A stretch of DNA of 64,000 nucleotides from Octopus bimaculoides (GCF_001194135.2 NC_068995.1:17275537-17339536), one strand, 5' to 3'; positions 13,021-27,194 are shown, counted from the stretch's first letter. Made by a program: numbers and translations. The notes: generated from the letters alone by a model not told the origin.

Positions 13021-14148
13021 TACATATTTACATAGATATTCATGTATACATGCATACATACATACATACATGTATATATATACATATGCACACAACCATT
13101 TCAATTTTTGGATACATATTTATACGCACACTCACACATGGAAATATTTGGGCATAAACATCCAGCAGATTAAACATTTAGTTAGCTAACTTGTGTTCAA
13201 ATCGATGTGATGCGTACAAACTGAACCGATCAGCATCGAAAGAAAGCAGCAGCCAGCAGGTGCGAAAATTGGTCGCAAAATTTGTAAGTTTAACTAAGGA
13301 AACGAAAATTTGGAATCTCCAGGGGATTTTAATCCTTTGATATTCAATGTAAAATCAAAAATATGGGGAGTGATATTATTTTCCATCGGACAGTATGGTG
13401 GAGAGAAATGAACGTTATGTTGCTCTAAACTTAAAACAGCTGCATACAATCATGGTGGGACACCTAAACCTCATCAAGAATATCTACTTGGGAAGTCTAG
13501 GTCAGAAACATCACCATCCAAAAGAATAGCAGATTGTCTTATATGAAATAAGAACTGTCAGACTTGCGATGTTCTGGGCATCCCGATAGGCTTAGCAAAA
13601 TGAAATACTCTGCTCATTTTAGGTCACTAATGCTCCAATAAATCAGTGTTGACTGCATCTGAGATACCAGGTTGATGTTACACGTACTACCAAGTTTCTA
13701 TACATTATCATCCACGACAAGATCACAGTATCTTTATATATTTATCTGCTGTGTGATCTATCCGCTCTGAAACTATCGACTTGATATATTGGCGGTCATC
13801 GTCGATACCAACGAAGAATCTATGATATTGGAATGTAAAAAGAAATGGGATGCACTCAAGCAATCACACAAGCTTTAGATGCATTTATACATTGTATTAA
13901 TATATCAGTTTGTGACCAACGTTGATGAAGTGATAATGATGTGGGCGAAAACATACAAAAATAAAATAATAAAATAAAATTGTGCTATGTTGAAATTAAC
14001 AACGAAAAAATACACATATTGAAAGATAAAACGCAAATGACAAAGATTACACAGACACACACGAGGGTGAACACAGACACACACATACACAGACTCACAC
14101 ATATACGGATAGCTAGCTAGATAACTAGATTAACAGAGGGAGCGAGCG

Positions 14149-14203
<55 letters not shown>

Positions 14204-15664
14204 GAGAGAAAGAGAGAGTGTAAGTGAGAGTGAGATAGGGAGAGAGGGAGTGAGAGCGTCAAAAGAGAGAGAGAGAGGAAGATAGAAGTGGAGAAATGGA
14301 TGGCAAATAGAGGAAACACAAGGAAGAACTGATAAACAGAAAGCAAGAAATATAAAAGTAAAAATATTGGCAATAAATAATAGTTAAATAAATAAATGAA
14401 AAGAGATGGAGGGGGAGGAAGGGAAGTAGAAGACAGCATCAGAACGAGAAATGGAACAATGAGAAATTGATTTCAGATGTAAAACTGATGGCAAATTTGA
14501 AAACTAAATAAAAACGATGAAATAAAACCTAAGGAAACAAAGGGGGATTTTAAGATGAGATACTTAATTTGTGTATTACCAGGACAACGGAGACGTATTT
14601 CACCACGTGGTCAACCAGCGTCACCAAATGCTGGCAGCTATTTGGCTTGGCTTTAAGTAATGGCAGAACCGCTGTCCTATCAGAGAGATGCAGGTATTAC
14701 GATAAGACGGAATTGGCTCACAATCAATTCCCGTTTCTATCGCTCTCTGTCTGCATAATCTTGAAAATATTAGATTTCTAACCAGTCCACTTCCTTCCGG
14801 ATCAGTACGTCGATAACGAAAGCATTAACGGAACGCAACCTAATGCTGCTCACCGATTTCGTGTCTATTACAGCAAAACGATGTGGATCGCGTCTTAGAT
14901 TAGGCTAGTTTAAGCTATATATTTATAATCTAACCTGAAGAATCTGCGTTGTAATAATATATTGTATTGTTTATTTAGTTGTACATGCACACACGTTTGT
15001 GTATATATAAGCATACACGCACACACGCACACACGCATTTTTGCATCAACGTAGATTTATAAGGTAAGCATATATTCGAATGAGTCGACACCAGTTTTAT
15101 GACAAGCACTTTCCTTAATGAACGGAGATGTTTTTGGGAGTCTGCACCCAGTAAAATCTCCATGAAGACACACAACACTGGCTTTGTACTGAAGACTCAC
15201 TGCTACATTAGCACCTATTTCTGGCACTTCACCAGCTTAATCTACGTGGTTACTCGTTCTGCAAGACGTAGCAGCCGCATCTACCAGACATTACATACTA
15301 CCACGTCACATCGGATAGAAACACAATGCCTGATGAAAATACAGAACGGAAATGACTGCATCCTTTGGAGCTTCTGAGTCATCTTGGTTGAAGTTGTTTT
15401 GGGGCTATAACACTAGTAAACATACAATTGCTTTATAGGAAGGGTATAATTCATGGATAAATATCCGTAAGTTAGTGGTTATTGAACTCTGAGATAAAAG
15501 TAGATTTATGGTGGGTATTTGTGCTCTGAGAGGGAAATACAACTGGTGACTCAGGACATTATGCTACCGATTCTCCAACACCGATTCTCCCGCATCAATA
15601 GAGTAAACTATATCAATACCTAAATAACACTGTACAAAAAAAAATGTGTTTCTAAAATTATTTA

Positions 15665-15834
15665 AACATTATTTGCATAATTTAAGCATTATTTACATTA
15701 TTTACATTTGACGGATATTTGTCCTCATTATGTTTGTTGTTAACACAACGTTTCGGCTGATATACCCTCCAGCCTACATCAGGTGTTTTGGGCAAATTTC
15801 GAACCTGGGTTCTCATTCCTAAGTTATTTTTCGA

Positions 15835-15875
<41 letters not shown>

Positions 15876-16003
15876 TCACTGCCTGGAATCGAACTCGGAA
15901 TCTCGGGGTTAGTAGTCCGTGCTCTTAACCACTTCGTCATATGCCCGTGGGCGTCAAATGTAAATAATGTACATGAGTCCTCATCCCTTAAATATAGAAC
16001 TGT
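15665..16003 (-). mobile_element. Composite SINE-like element with hammerhead tail, copy 2, with inverted tail duplicate
   Basis: On the minus strand: A box TGACGAAGTGG (15939-15929), B box GTTCGATTCC (15894-15885), (AAT)n and the same tail as copy 1. The segment 15952-16003 is the terminal tail in plus orientation. Confidence 0.85.
15742..15787 (-). ncRNA. Minimal type-I hammerhead ribozyme motif (core A9 region altered)
   Basis: The minus strand reads AACAC-CTGATGT-A-GGCTG-gagggtatat-CAGCC-GAAAC-GTT-GTGTT: 5-bp stem I, 5-bp stem II, palindromic AACGTT stem III and a GUU triplet. The core is CUGAUGU rather than CUGAUGA. Confidence 0.75.
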
Positions 16004-17639
16004 ACTAAAATTTAAAGTTAATAAATTTCGTGCACTACACTATTGAGTTCCTGTCTCACAAAGGTGCTTATATTTTAATATAAAAGCAATTAAATTTGAA
16101 TACGAGGACTACACTAAAATCGGTCGACGGGTGTACTCCGTGCAATGGTCTACTTTATCTAATTCATCTATCCGGCTACCACTGAGAAAATGGTGGTGGC
16201 CAAAGTAGTACAGTTAATATACCAGAAAATTTCAGTTAGTTTAAATATAATTTCAGAAGACGCAGTAGCAGACGTTCTCTAACATGATGGCCAGCAACTG
16301 ATCCTAGTTAAGATCTGAGAGGGTATTTCTCATTTTTCCTGGTGAAACACTCTCGCATGCGTGCGTATGCACACACACACACACACACACTGAAATTTTG
16401 TTTCCCTATTTCTTCATGGACTCTATAAATGCTAAACTCTCGCCATCGTCTTTAATACTTCTTCAGCTATTTATCTTCGAAAAACAGTCACTCAGTATTG
16501 AGACTGATATCTATAATATCGATGTCAATGTTCCACATTGATGTTACTCACGTTCATTCATATGACCGAATGAAAAGGGCAATCTGATCCTTGCAGCTAA
16601 GGACAACAAATACGATGGTCTTTCTGTCTGTTAGACCTTATCATCGGGCAATAAGCACACACTTTTTCCTCGCATAAAAATGTAACTTCAGCAGTATTTA
16701 GGGGAAAAGTTATCGGTAGTAATTTACATAGAATACGAGTTTGAGTCTTGTGTGTTGTTGCAAACGATTCATATTCATATTAACATTTTGCAATAATCAA
16801 TGGATACTGTTGCCATAAAGATAACTACTATTGTAAGCAATTGTATTTCAGAAACATTTACATCCTCAATTTAATAGGGTTAATTTAGAGTGCTAATTAT
16901 CAAAGTGACTGAAGATTATAATGATTAAATCCCAAAACCACTCATTTAGAATGACATATCATCTAATAAGCTTTCTTATTAGCGTAATTGTATGGGGATC
17001 TAAGAAGATGTTGTATAATATCAATACTACGTTAAGCAATTAAATTCTATATCAAGCTGGGACATAGCATATGCAATGTTATTTCCTAAATGTTTATAAC
17101 ATAAAACTATACTAGATATCACTAGAGTATAGATATCCGAAGTGTAAAATCCATATAACGCCAGTCGTGAAGCAATATCGCACCCATATATCATTTAAGC
17201 TTCATTTCAAACCTAGAAACTCTTTAACTTTCGGAATGATACACGGATACAAATTTCAGTTTCTACTTGAATTTAAGAATTCATGACTGTGAAGCTAAGA
17301 AGCTCCATTTGCAAAAGCATGGTTCTGGATTCAATTCTACTGCATTGCACTTTACGGCAATTGATTTCTAAAATTCAGTGGCAGCCAATAATTTATGAGT
17401 GTATTTAGTAGACGGATACACTGTGTAACCAGTCATACGTACGTGCGTGTGTGTATTTTGTAGATAGGGTTATAATCCAGGCTGTGCTTTCATGAAGCAC
17501 ATCTGCATATTCCAGTACACCAAGATTGTATGTAGGTGTTGTAAAAGTGTGAGGCTTGCATGAGAGTTGCAAATACTGGAAAAGAGTTTTGCAGAATATT
17601 TACATATCAAAATAGAAGATTGGAAAAAAAAAATGTTTG

Positions 17640-17990
17640 GTATTTTCACTTGTTATCGAGGATGAGCATTACTGACCGTTCCTCATGCAGACTGCCAGCA
17701 ATGCCCACCCATGAGGTTATAGGACCAGCAGTCGGCTCTCACAGTTTGGGTTTTGTGGCTTCTATGCTTTCCACGGCGCCCACTTACTCAATCGGGCATC
17801 GAATGGTTGCCTCTCCTGAAATTGCACTTTCGAAACTTTTAGATACAGTAGGACATGCACAGCATCTTAGAGACCCTCTCCATCTTACTGATATAAGCCA
17901 TATATACCTAATGGCAATATGGGTCTCTGGCTCAGGAATATGGTAGCTCTATGATTTCAAGCTTCTCCTGGTGCCGTATGAACGTTTAAT
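17640..17990 (-). mobile_element. Highly degraded non-LTR (RTE-like) fragment
   Basis: The minus strand gives KMLCMSYCI*K and GGHCWQSA*, resembling RTE RMLR..NISW / AGHCWRS motifs. There are many stops. Confidence 0.35.
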
Positions 17991-18059
17991 GTGGTTTTAG
18001 AGTCAAGTTTTGGCTGCTATTTCATGCAATCTGGTATCTCTTACATACCCTTAATTATA

Positions 18060-18113
<54 letters not shown>

Positions 18114-18136
18114 GCGTATATATATACACATATATG

Positions 18137-18139
<3 letters not shown>

Positions 18140-18227
<88 letters not shown>

Positions 18228-18240
18228 TAATAATAATAAT
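18140..18240. repeat. (AAT)n microsatellite
   Basis: Direct reading, about 33 units with one AAC interruption. Confidence 0.95.
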
Positions 18241-18879
18241 CGGCCGAAGTTAAAAGGGACCCAAGAGCCTAGTGTTTCCTACATTTGAATTACCATACCG
18301 ACGTTCGTAACTCTCGACCCTTGAGTCGCCCTGTAACTTTTGCCGATTGGAAACAAAATATCAATTATCAGCTAGCAATGATGAGTGTTTCTTCACAGCT
18401 TTCTTAACCGAACTACTACACAAGAGAATCGAACCCGAAATCAAATCGCTGGGAAGTGATCTTCTTAACAGCAGTCAGACCAGCAGAAAAAAATTCACAC
18501 AGAGATCAGCCAAACAAGAAATCATGCCAATGATTAAATGATTACAAAATTCCTTCCACTATTTAGTCTCAATGATAAGGGCTCAAATCTTACCATACAA
18601 AAATTTACTTCCAAAATTGCTACCTACGTTGGCCTTGAACTTTACGGTATTTATTGCCTTGAGAGAGCAAATCTATGATCAACGTATCCTAGCCATTCAC
18701 GTTGTTTTCGTGTAGTAATGTGAGGGAAATTTAATTGATGTTATCGGAGAGACACCTTCCTTTAGTGGTAAAATAGCCGTTAGTAATTGTACAATTAGAA
18801 ATTTGTGAACTTATACGACCGAAATATTGGGAGGTGTGAATGGTAACAACAGAACAATCACCTACTTTTCTTCGTAATA

Positions 18880-18957
18880 TCATCAGCATCAGCAACAGCA
18901 GTAGCAATAGTAGTAGTAGCATCATCATGATCATCATCATGATCATCATCATCATCC

Positions 18958-18993
<36 letters not shown>

Positions 18994-19042
18994 GCAGTAG
19001 TAGTGGTAGTAGTAGTGGTAGTAGTAGTAGTAGTAGTAGTAA

Positions 19043-19092
<50 letters not shown>
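18880..19092. repeat. Compound trinucleotide repeat (ATC)/(AGC)/(AGT)n
   Basis: Direct reading. It is the source of the poly-Ser and poly-Thr pseudo-ORFs. Confidence 0.95.
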
Positions 19093-22000
19093 ATCAACCA
19101 AGGCTGATGATCAAAGGTTTTGTAGCTATCGATAAGATTTATCGTGGTAGTTTATTAAAATCTCTAAGAATAAAACCATTAAACTGACTAGTTCCACAAT
19201 TGTTTACAGTTAAATGGATACGAGACAAATGTCCCCATGGATAGAGAAACTTGAATGATTCTGGGCAAATTGAGGCCATGCAGAAGTAATTGTTTGTAGC
19301 CGATACAGTGAAATACTACTTTCCAAAACGAGGAGCCAGTTGAGAAATATGTTACCTACTTGTTCCTTCCTCGTCTGCGATTTAAGTATGTCAAATATAT
19401 ATAAATATTTATACATATTTATATTCCTGTCAGTATCTCCTATGAATACATGTCCGTGGTCAATAAACCATATATATCCATCAGGCCATGTAAGATATTA
19501 GCTAATTATAGAACTTCATAAGTTAAAGGGAAATAGGACTGTAGAATCGACTGGGTCGATAAAACTGACGAATATCATTACTTAATTACTTATAATAATT
19601 AAGACACTGTTCTTTCTCCATTCATATCTCGATAGAAGCAAATTTGCTTTCTATCGATCTGGTTGAAATGTTGATGAACTAAGTGCGAGTCGTAAATTAA
19701 TAGATTGTTTCCTACCCTTGTACGGCTTTGTAATTGCCAAACGTTAATATTTCAGTTATAGAATGATCGGTCGTTGACATTCTCCGTAGCAAAAATGCGC
19801 CACGTCTGTGAACGACCATAGGAAACTCGCGTGATAAGCACGATGAGCTTGTCATAGAATTGCCCAAGACAAGGGAAATGACAGCAACGCCGACAAAAGA
19901 AGGAAGCACTGTACTAACATTTTACCGGTACGAGTAATCTTTACAAGCCTCCATATGGCTTGTAAAGATTACTGGATGTATTGCATTTTGAGAGCGGAAA
20001 ACATACGAAGAAAAATAAGCATCAGATTTAGATTGGCACTTGGACGTTTCCGGAAGGCTGAAAGGCAAAGTCGGCCTCGGAAAATTCGAATTCACTGGTG
20101 AGGGGAGGGGGCGAAAAATATATCTCAAGACAATCAATGCGATACTCTAACGAATTGTATTTAATTTGCAAATTATTACCTTCTAAGTTCAAGTCTAAAT
20201 CTACTCTGATCATTGCTGGTCATTAACATCCCTGAAGTGATTGAACAGACACCAGTCGATAAATATAAGCAATTTCAACCGATCACTTCAAATCCACTAA
20301 AATACTTAGCATTGGACACTTTTTATGTTTAACTCCTGCTCTAATCTATGACCAAGATGTTTCAGCCGTAACTATGCAATAATTTTATATATCATGTACT
20401 ACATTGTGAAATGTGAAAAATCTTTTATATTTTCATCGAGAATTGCAATTCCACAATTTCATAACTACTTCCTGTAGGTAGGTGGGGATTTCAATTACGA
20501 ATTTCTCCTTTTCAAGATGGTTTTTCTTTGAAACTTTATACCTTAGCGTGGATCATTAAGAAATATGTCATATTCTGGGAAGGTAAGGACATACCAGATG
20601 CAATTCTAAGTTACTTATGAGACAAATATCTTTACAAAGCTGATGTGTTCATATCAACTCATTTCTACGTTCTTATATTTACACGAACCATTGCTCCACT
20701 TGAAAAGACATGTGAGGTCTAAAAAGCGCAGTCGAGTTGAATGATTTGTGATGTTCGTCTCTGCAGATTACTCTTTCAGTTCAAATCCTTTGGAGGTTAT
20801 CTTTTCTCTTTTCAGAGTCGGTAAACAAAGTACAAATTCTTGAATACTTTTACTTTCTCTCTCTCTCTCTTCTTTATCACTCCTTTACTTTTTTGGAACG
20901 TGCAAATTAAAGATCAATTTCGCCATATTCTGTTACGCTGAATCGACCTTAGAATTACGTTGCGGTTACCTATATATGTGGCATACTTAAGGGTCTGTGA
21001 CATACTTAAGAGTTTACACATTAATTTCAATATTAACACTTTGGTTAATCTAATGATTGAAAGATAATCGTCCTTATCCATAGAGAATCAGATACTACAA
21101 TACTTAAGATGTCGCTTAGCTGCAGATCATCCTGATCGAGCAGGCATATATTTAAATCTGTTTTGAGCTAGAACATTCCCAATTTTAGGCTGCTTATTTC
21201 ATACTACACTATCTGATATATTTCGTAAAATAAAGTAAAATGTTCTAGTTCCTATTTCAGTCTTTCCATGTGTAAATATGTTGTATCTGTGCATTCTGTT
21301 TACAAATATTTACGTATTAACTCGAGTCGCTTTTTCCTGTAGAGTACATGAATAATACGTCAGCGATGCGTCACTTCAGTTAATAATGGTTCTCCCAAGT
21401 AAATCTTTAAGTATTGTCTCTACTCAAAGTATATCAATATATCCTTACTTTCGTCATAGTTATAGTTGGAACAGTGTATTACATCTATTTATAACGCGGA
21501 AGCCTAAATTACGTACTGTTCGAATATTTGCTGTTTAGTTTATTTATCATCAACGTTACTGTTTATTGACCACACAACGTAACTGTGTTCAAATGATTCT
21601 CTAAACTTGCATATTAGAAGCACAAACCAAATATCCTTAAGACAAAGTAGATTAAACTGGAACCATTACCTTACAGCTTCTCGTTCTAGCGATCATAAAT
21701 AGGCAGATAGGGATCGGAGTCAGTGAAGTAAAACTAACATATATCAAAGCAGTTTACAAATTTTGTAAAAACGGGATCCCTAAAGTGACAGATCTATTAA
21801 AAAACAGAAAAGAAATGAAAAAGAATTACTTAATTTTACAGTCATATTTTTAGACTGTAGCACAATATACTCTGATATCCAAATACGTTTTCTAAGAGTT
21901 ATGCTACATTTAAATTTTTTCAAGGATATTCTTACGTTTGATACATGGAAATCGCTCAGACTAGAGATTCCACCCATGAGTTGTTTTATTTAAGCTCTCT

Positions 22001-23479
22001 TCAAACCATAAAATACATAGTTGACTTGTAGAGTGATGAAATGACCGAGTGGACTGAGTAATATAACATTGGAAATATCATCAATTCAAAGCCATTACCG
22101 GATAGATTGCCGAACACTTCAATTTTATGTACCCTACATATCAGATACAATTGGTCAATTATTAAGAGATTTTACTTAAAGTTGACTAGTGCTCAATACC
22201 AAGAGTGTTTTTTCCAATCACAGTAGAGCTGAGCAAAGTTCAGACATTCAGAATTTTTGTCAATGATACTGTCCATTACAATAAACGTATTATACCTTCT
22301 TCGTAAATATATGGCCTTGTGCCAATGTAGAACGTCATATCAAATATAACAGTGCTGCAGATAATATAAGACGATAGTAATACGCTGTTATAAATGCATT
22401 AATATATTCCGTTTCGGCCATTTCACATTTACGTTAAATGTCGACGGTGTAGACTTAGCTATTCATCTTTTCGGGGTCGATAATGTAAATGACATTGATA
22501 TACAGAATCGATTCAATCGAGTGTAACGCAACACCCTTCACTACTGCAACTCTTCTACTAGTGAAACATGAAGCCATTATATTACTTTCTACTGTGTGGT
22601 GATACATTATTGGAAGGAAAATGTGACGTTGTGACTTTCATACACTTCCCAACACCGTTAATGGAGAAAGTTAATTGCAACAGTTTCAACCGGAAATTGG
22701 AACTGCATCGCAGTCTCGTCGCGCTTCCTTCCCCACTGCAGACACAATTATCAAATGAAAAAAAAAAATCAATATATTCTTTAATGGAGATTCTTTAAAG
22801 CAATTCATCATACTAAAGGATTTGCAAAGCCAAACAAAAAGCAAACCCAAAATCTCTAAACTGAGTTAATGCTGTCGTTTAGATTGTGCCATAGCTTGTA
22901 ACTATTACAGAAATTTAATGAAATCAGAGTTGATTTGCAAGTATATTGATTTTCACTCACTGAAACCAGTGCAGTTGTTATTTTAAAGGAAGCTTATCTA
23001 CCCGGTATTCCTCACGTGATATTTCAATATTTATCTTTCTGAATATTTTTTTTTTCTCTCACAGAAGCCATGAATTCATCATTTCCCTTCTCGCATTCAC
23101 CTTCTCTTTCCATATTAATTTCAGGCTCTAAGAATCTCAATTTCCAAAACAATCGCTGACAAATAATGAGCTTTGTATACCCTGCACATACTCTGTCTAT
23201 TTGTATTAGTGACTATCCGTCAGTCAGTTTGTCTGTATCGTGGCTTGAATATCTGACAGTCTATCTGCTCGCTTGTCTATTTATCTGTCTGTTTCTACGT
23301 ACGTACGTGTTTGTTTGTATGTATGTATGTATGTATGTATGTATGTATGTTTGTATGTATGTATGTTTGTATGTATGTATGTATGTATGTATGTGTGTGT
23401 GTATGTATGTATGCATGTATGTATTTATGCATGTTCACTTCTGTTGCTAATTATCTAAATTCTTCCTCTGAAGAAGGAT

Positions 23480-25260
23480 CTAATTTGTAACAAATATACA
23501 ATGCTCCTTCGTTGGAATGTAGATAACGAAAACAATGCCAAATTTTAAATATGAGATAAGTTTTGCACATTTTTACTGTGGAATTTGTAATGTGCTTGCT
23601 GGTTGATTGATTTTTCTGAAAATCCAAGGTTATCCAGTGTCAGTAATGCATTTACTCGCAAGACCGCGTGCTGAACAATTATTGATATAAATATAAATTT
23701 ATCACCTGGATATAGAAACTGGAGGTTTCCAAGTTGCTGTCTACAGCTATACTCATTCTCTTTGATTTTCAAAGTGATATTCATATGAGCAGGACAGTTG
23801 ACTTCTATTATGATATATACTCTTCTTGTCCGTCCCAAACAACTTGACACATGTTTTGATGGGAATGTTCTACCAGTATTCTTTGATGTTTGTATATCTA
23901 ATCAATAACAGGAGATTTTCTATATTTATTTCAGGGCAGTTTTCTTACCGGATGGTATTGTGTATTATTTTTACGACAAACTGTGTTACACATGGTAGTA
24001 GTACCTTGATAACATTTTTAGGTAGTTGCTAATCACACGTGGGATGTCTTCAACAAAAATATAATTTAATCTACATTTTTAGTTGCATCTTGGAACTGCA
24101 ATGCTTCACTGCCTCTTTTGTTCACGATGTTTTTAGTTGCAATCTTTTGTTCTTAGAATGCAAATACATAGCCTTCGAAGTGTCCTGTGATGTAGCACTC
24201 ACGAGACCTATGGAAGCTTCACGTCGATATTTCTACCTTCTTCAAGTCTTCAGAAAACATAATCTTGTTTTGTTAACTGAGCGTTTCAAATCTGTCTCCT
24301 TTGAGGTATGTCAGTCTGGCTGCTTTGTGGTCATATGGGAGGACATTAAGAAGTGAAAGCTGTCTGAAGAGCTCGCTGCCAACATGTAGTATATGGTTCA
24401 CTTCACTGTTTAGCAGTAAGTTAATGCATTTATTTTTGGTAATGTTATTTAGTAAATGCAATCTGAGAGAGAATATATGTCATTCGCATCTTGCCTGAAC
24501 TGATCTCAGTCTTCAATCCCTTTCATGTCTTCTTTGGTAGAGCCTACCGATATCAATATTCCTGTGGAGATTTCAAGTTATCATAATATGTATGGGATTT
24601 ATGTGTGTTTCTTCTACAGAAATGCTAAGTATTCAATTGTTGGAATAAGTGCTGGTACTGCAAATGCATTATGTGTTATTGTTTTGTAAGAGGAAAGTTC
24701 CGACTGCTATATTTTTTCTAATACTGATATAATATTCCCGGATCTCGCTATCTTTATTCACAGTACATCCTTATGATGTTTTCATCAATGTGTAGCTACT
24801 TGTAGAATTCTTTGCGTGCGACAAGAGAGACAGACAACCGTTGACACAGAGACATTAGCTCCGATTTTGCGCGTTCAACAATCAAATACGAGTATTTCTT
24901 TTGGTGAAATTTCAATCAGGACTAGAAAATGCTGCTAATAATTCCAGCTGATTTCTGTCATTGTCAATACTTTTAGCATAAACCTCGATGTCATCCACAA
25001 AGAAATTATGAGTTGCATTAATATCTGTAGCAGTTGCAGATCCTAAAATTTAGCCATTTGATTTTGTAGTAGAAATTATAATGGAATTTAATGCCAAAAT
25101 GAATAGAATTATAGAAAGACTTTCTCCTTGGAATATTCTCATTGAAATATTTATAACATTGGAGACGATCCGTTCCGCTCACGGTTTAAAATGTTAGAAT
25201 TGTTACTCAGGGCTTTGTGAGCCTCTCAATGGCAGCAATTAAAACAGTTTTAACTTTTGC
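23480..25260 (-). mobile_element. Decayed R4/Dong-clade (RLE-type) non-LTR retrotransposon: RT + endonuclease region
   Basis: The minus strand has RT motifs RIFQGESLSIILFILALN and THNFFVDDIEVYAK (FVDD at 25001-24990), then HNAFAVPALIPT, TGHFEGYVFAF*EQKIATK, and the RLE region IIEVNCPAHMNITLKIKE...LQFLYPGDKFIFISIIV. It has many stops and frameshifts. Confidence 0.85.
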
Positions 25261-26319
25261 CAAATGGTGACAATTCAGCAGCCATGTCAGTGGACTGAAG
25301 TTAAATCCACTTTCTTAATCAAACTATTCATTTGTAAGGCTCCTACGATGTTTTTTTTTAAATTTCAGACAGCAGAGGTGTGTTAATCAAAAGTTGTTCG
25401 GTACATCCCCACACTCTCTACCTTCAACTAGCCTGCTCATCAGTGAATGGTTTTGGACTCGCAAGGATCCTGGAGAAATTGGCTCAAGCAAATTGTATAT
25501 AATTTGTACAAAATGTTTAGGCAAGCCACGGGCTTATAGTATTAAACGAAATCGGAGGTTTTATTCTTGGTTACAATATTTATCTATGCTATAGCAAGCC
25601 AGTTTGGCCTGTCAATCTGACCGTCCTTTTGATTATATGTATTAGTAGTTCTCCGTAAGATGTTAGCCTCTTATATACCAGTGTTCAACAATTAGGTCCC
25701 TTCGCGTAATACAGTTTGGCTACAGCTACGAGGAAGATTTTTTGAGCCAATTGCACATGTTTTACTAATGAAAATGGTACAGAATTCTATCTTTATTGCA
25801 TTTAGCCACATAACATTATGGTTGATATCTTACTTTTCGTTTCCGATTGCATGCCTGCATATATAAATGGTGTATGTATGTATGTATGTATGTTTTTTGG
25901 CATGTAGTTTTGTCTGGTATTATCTTCCAAGTCTTTCACGAATGAGGAAAGAGCTGTATCCTGTGTAACGGTACGTTTCCTGGAATTTAGATATTAAATA
26001 GATAATAGCCATGTATGTGTATATGTATTTATATATCTATATTTGCATTTACATTTGTTTCTCATATTTTTATTATTTGAATTCAAAGTAGGATATAGAT
26101 TTACAAAGTAAAACAAATTCACGCAGTCCGAGTACGGATAACATAACAGCAAGTTATGAATGCGTATTGTAGAAACTCTTGTATAATTTTAGTGTCTATT
26201 AACATGTCTGTATGTGAACGCTGGTGAATAAGATCTTATCAGATATAAAATTATGAAATGTCTACACTTTTTATATAAAAGGCCTGCAATAGAGATTATT
26301 TTTTGAATTCGATTTACAG

Positions 26320-26445
26320 GCGAGTGGACTGCAGTAAAGTGAAATGAATTGCTTTGCTCAAGAACCCAATGAGCCGCTTGGTCCTGGAATGGAAAGCACG
26401 ATTGCTAGATGAGTGCAACACACTAACAAATAGGCCACGCACCTT
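26320..26445 (-). mobile_element. SINE family B, 5' part, degraded
   Basis: ggactgcagtaaagtgaaatgaattgctttgctcaagaacccaatg...ggaatggaaagcacg is the reverse of the head and core of the copy at 2063. Confidence 0.6.
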
Positions 26446-26623
26446 CTCAGACAAACATACTCGCGCATGCGTGCACACACACGCAAACACAGGCAATATG
26501 TTGGTGAAACTTTATCACTGAATAAAACATTGAACTCTATGAAATTTGACTGTATAATTATACGTCAGGTATCTATATGCATAATACATATTCGTAGATA
26601 CATAGACGCATAAATACATATAC

Positions 26624-26662
<39 letters not shown>

Positions 26663-27141
26663 ATTCATACCCAGATAGGTTGATAAATAGATAGGGCGGT
26701 GGCATATAGATACCCAACAGATAATTACACAGTCAGATTTCACAGAGTATAATGTCTTACTCAGCAATGATAAGTGAAGTTTTTAATTATTCACTCTGTC
26801 AACAATTCCAGGCATTTCATTGTCGGCAGTATAAATCAATTCCAATGATCGATAAAATAATCAATCAATTAATTGCTAATACACTGTCACTAAGTTATTC
26901 AACCAACGAATTAAGCATTTCTTAAAAATCCATTTCCATATTCGGTCTCCCTCTTACTCTCTTTCATACACGCTCTCTCTCCATCTCTCTCTCTCTCTCC
27001 CTTCTCTTCTGTCTCCCCCTCTCCCTCTCTCTCTCTTGCTTTCACTTTATCACTCCTTATTTATCTATGTACTTTTCAGTATACGTATGTATATGTGAAT
27101 GTATGAAATGATTTTATATCCATACATACATACATACATAC

Positions 27142-27194
<53 letters not shown>

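Noticed and set aside
15325-15362. ctgatga...gaaa motif
   Set aside because: There is no stem II pairing and no valid stem III or cleavage triplet.
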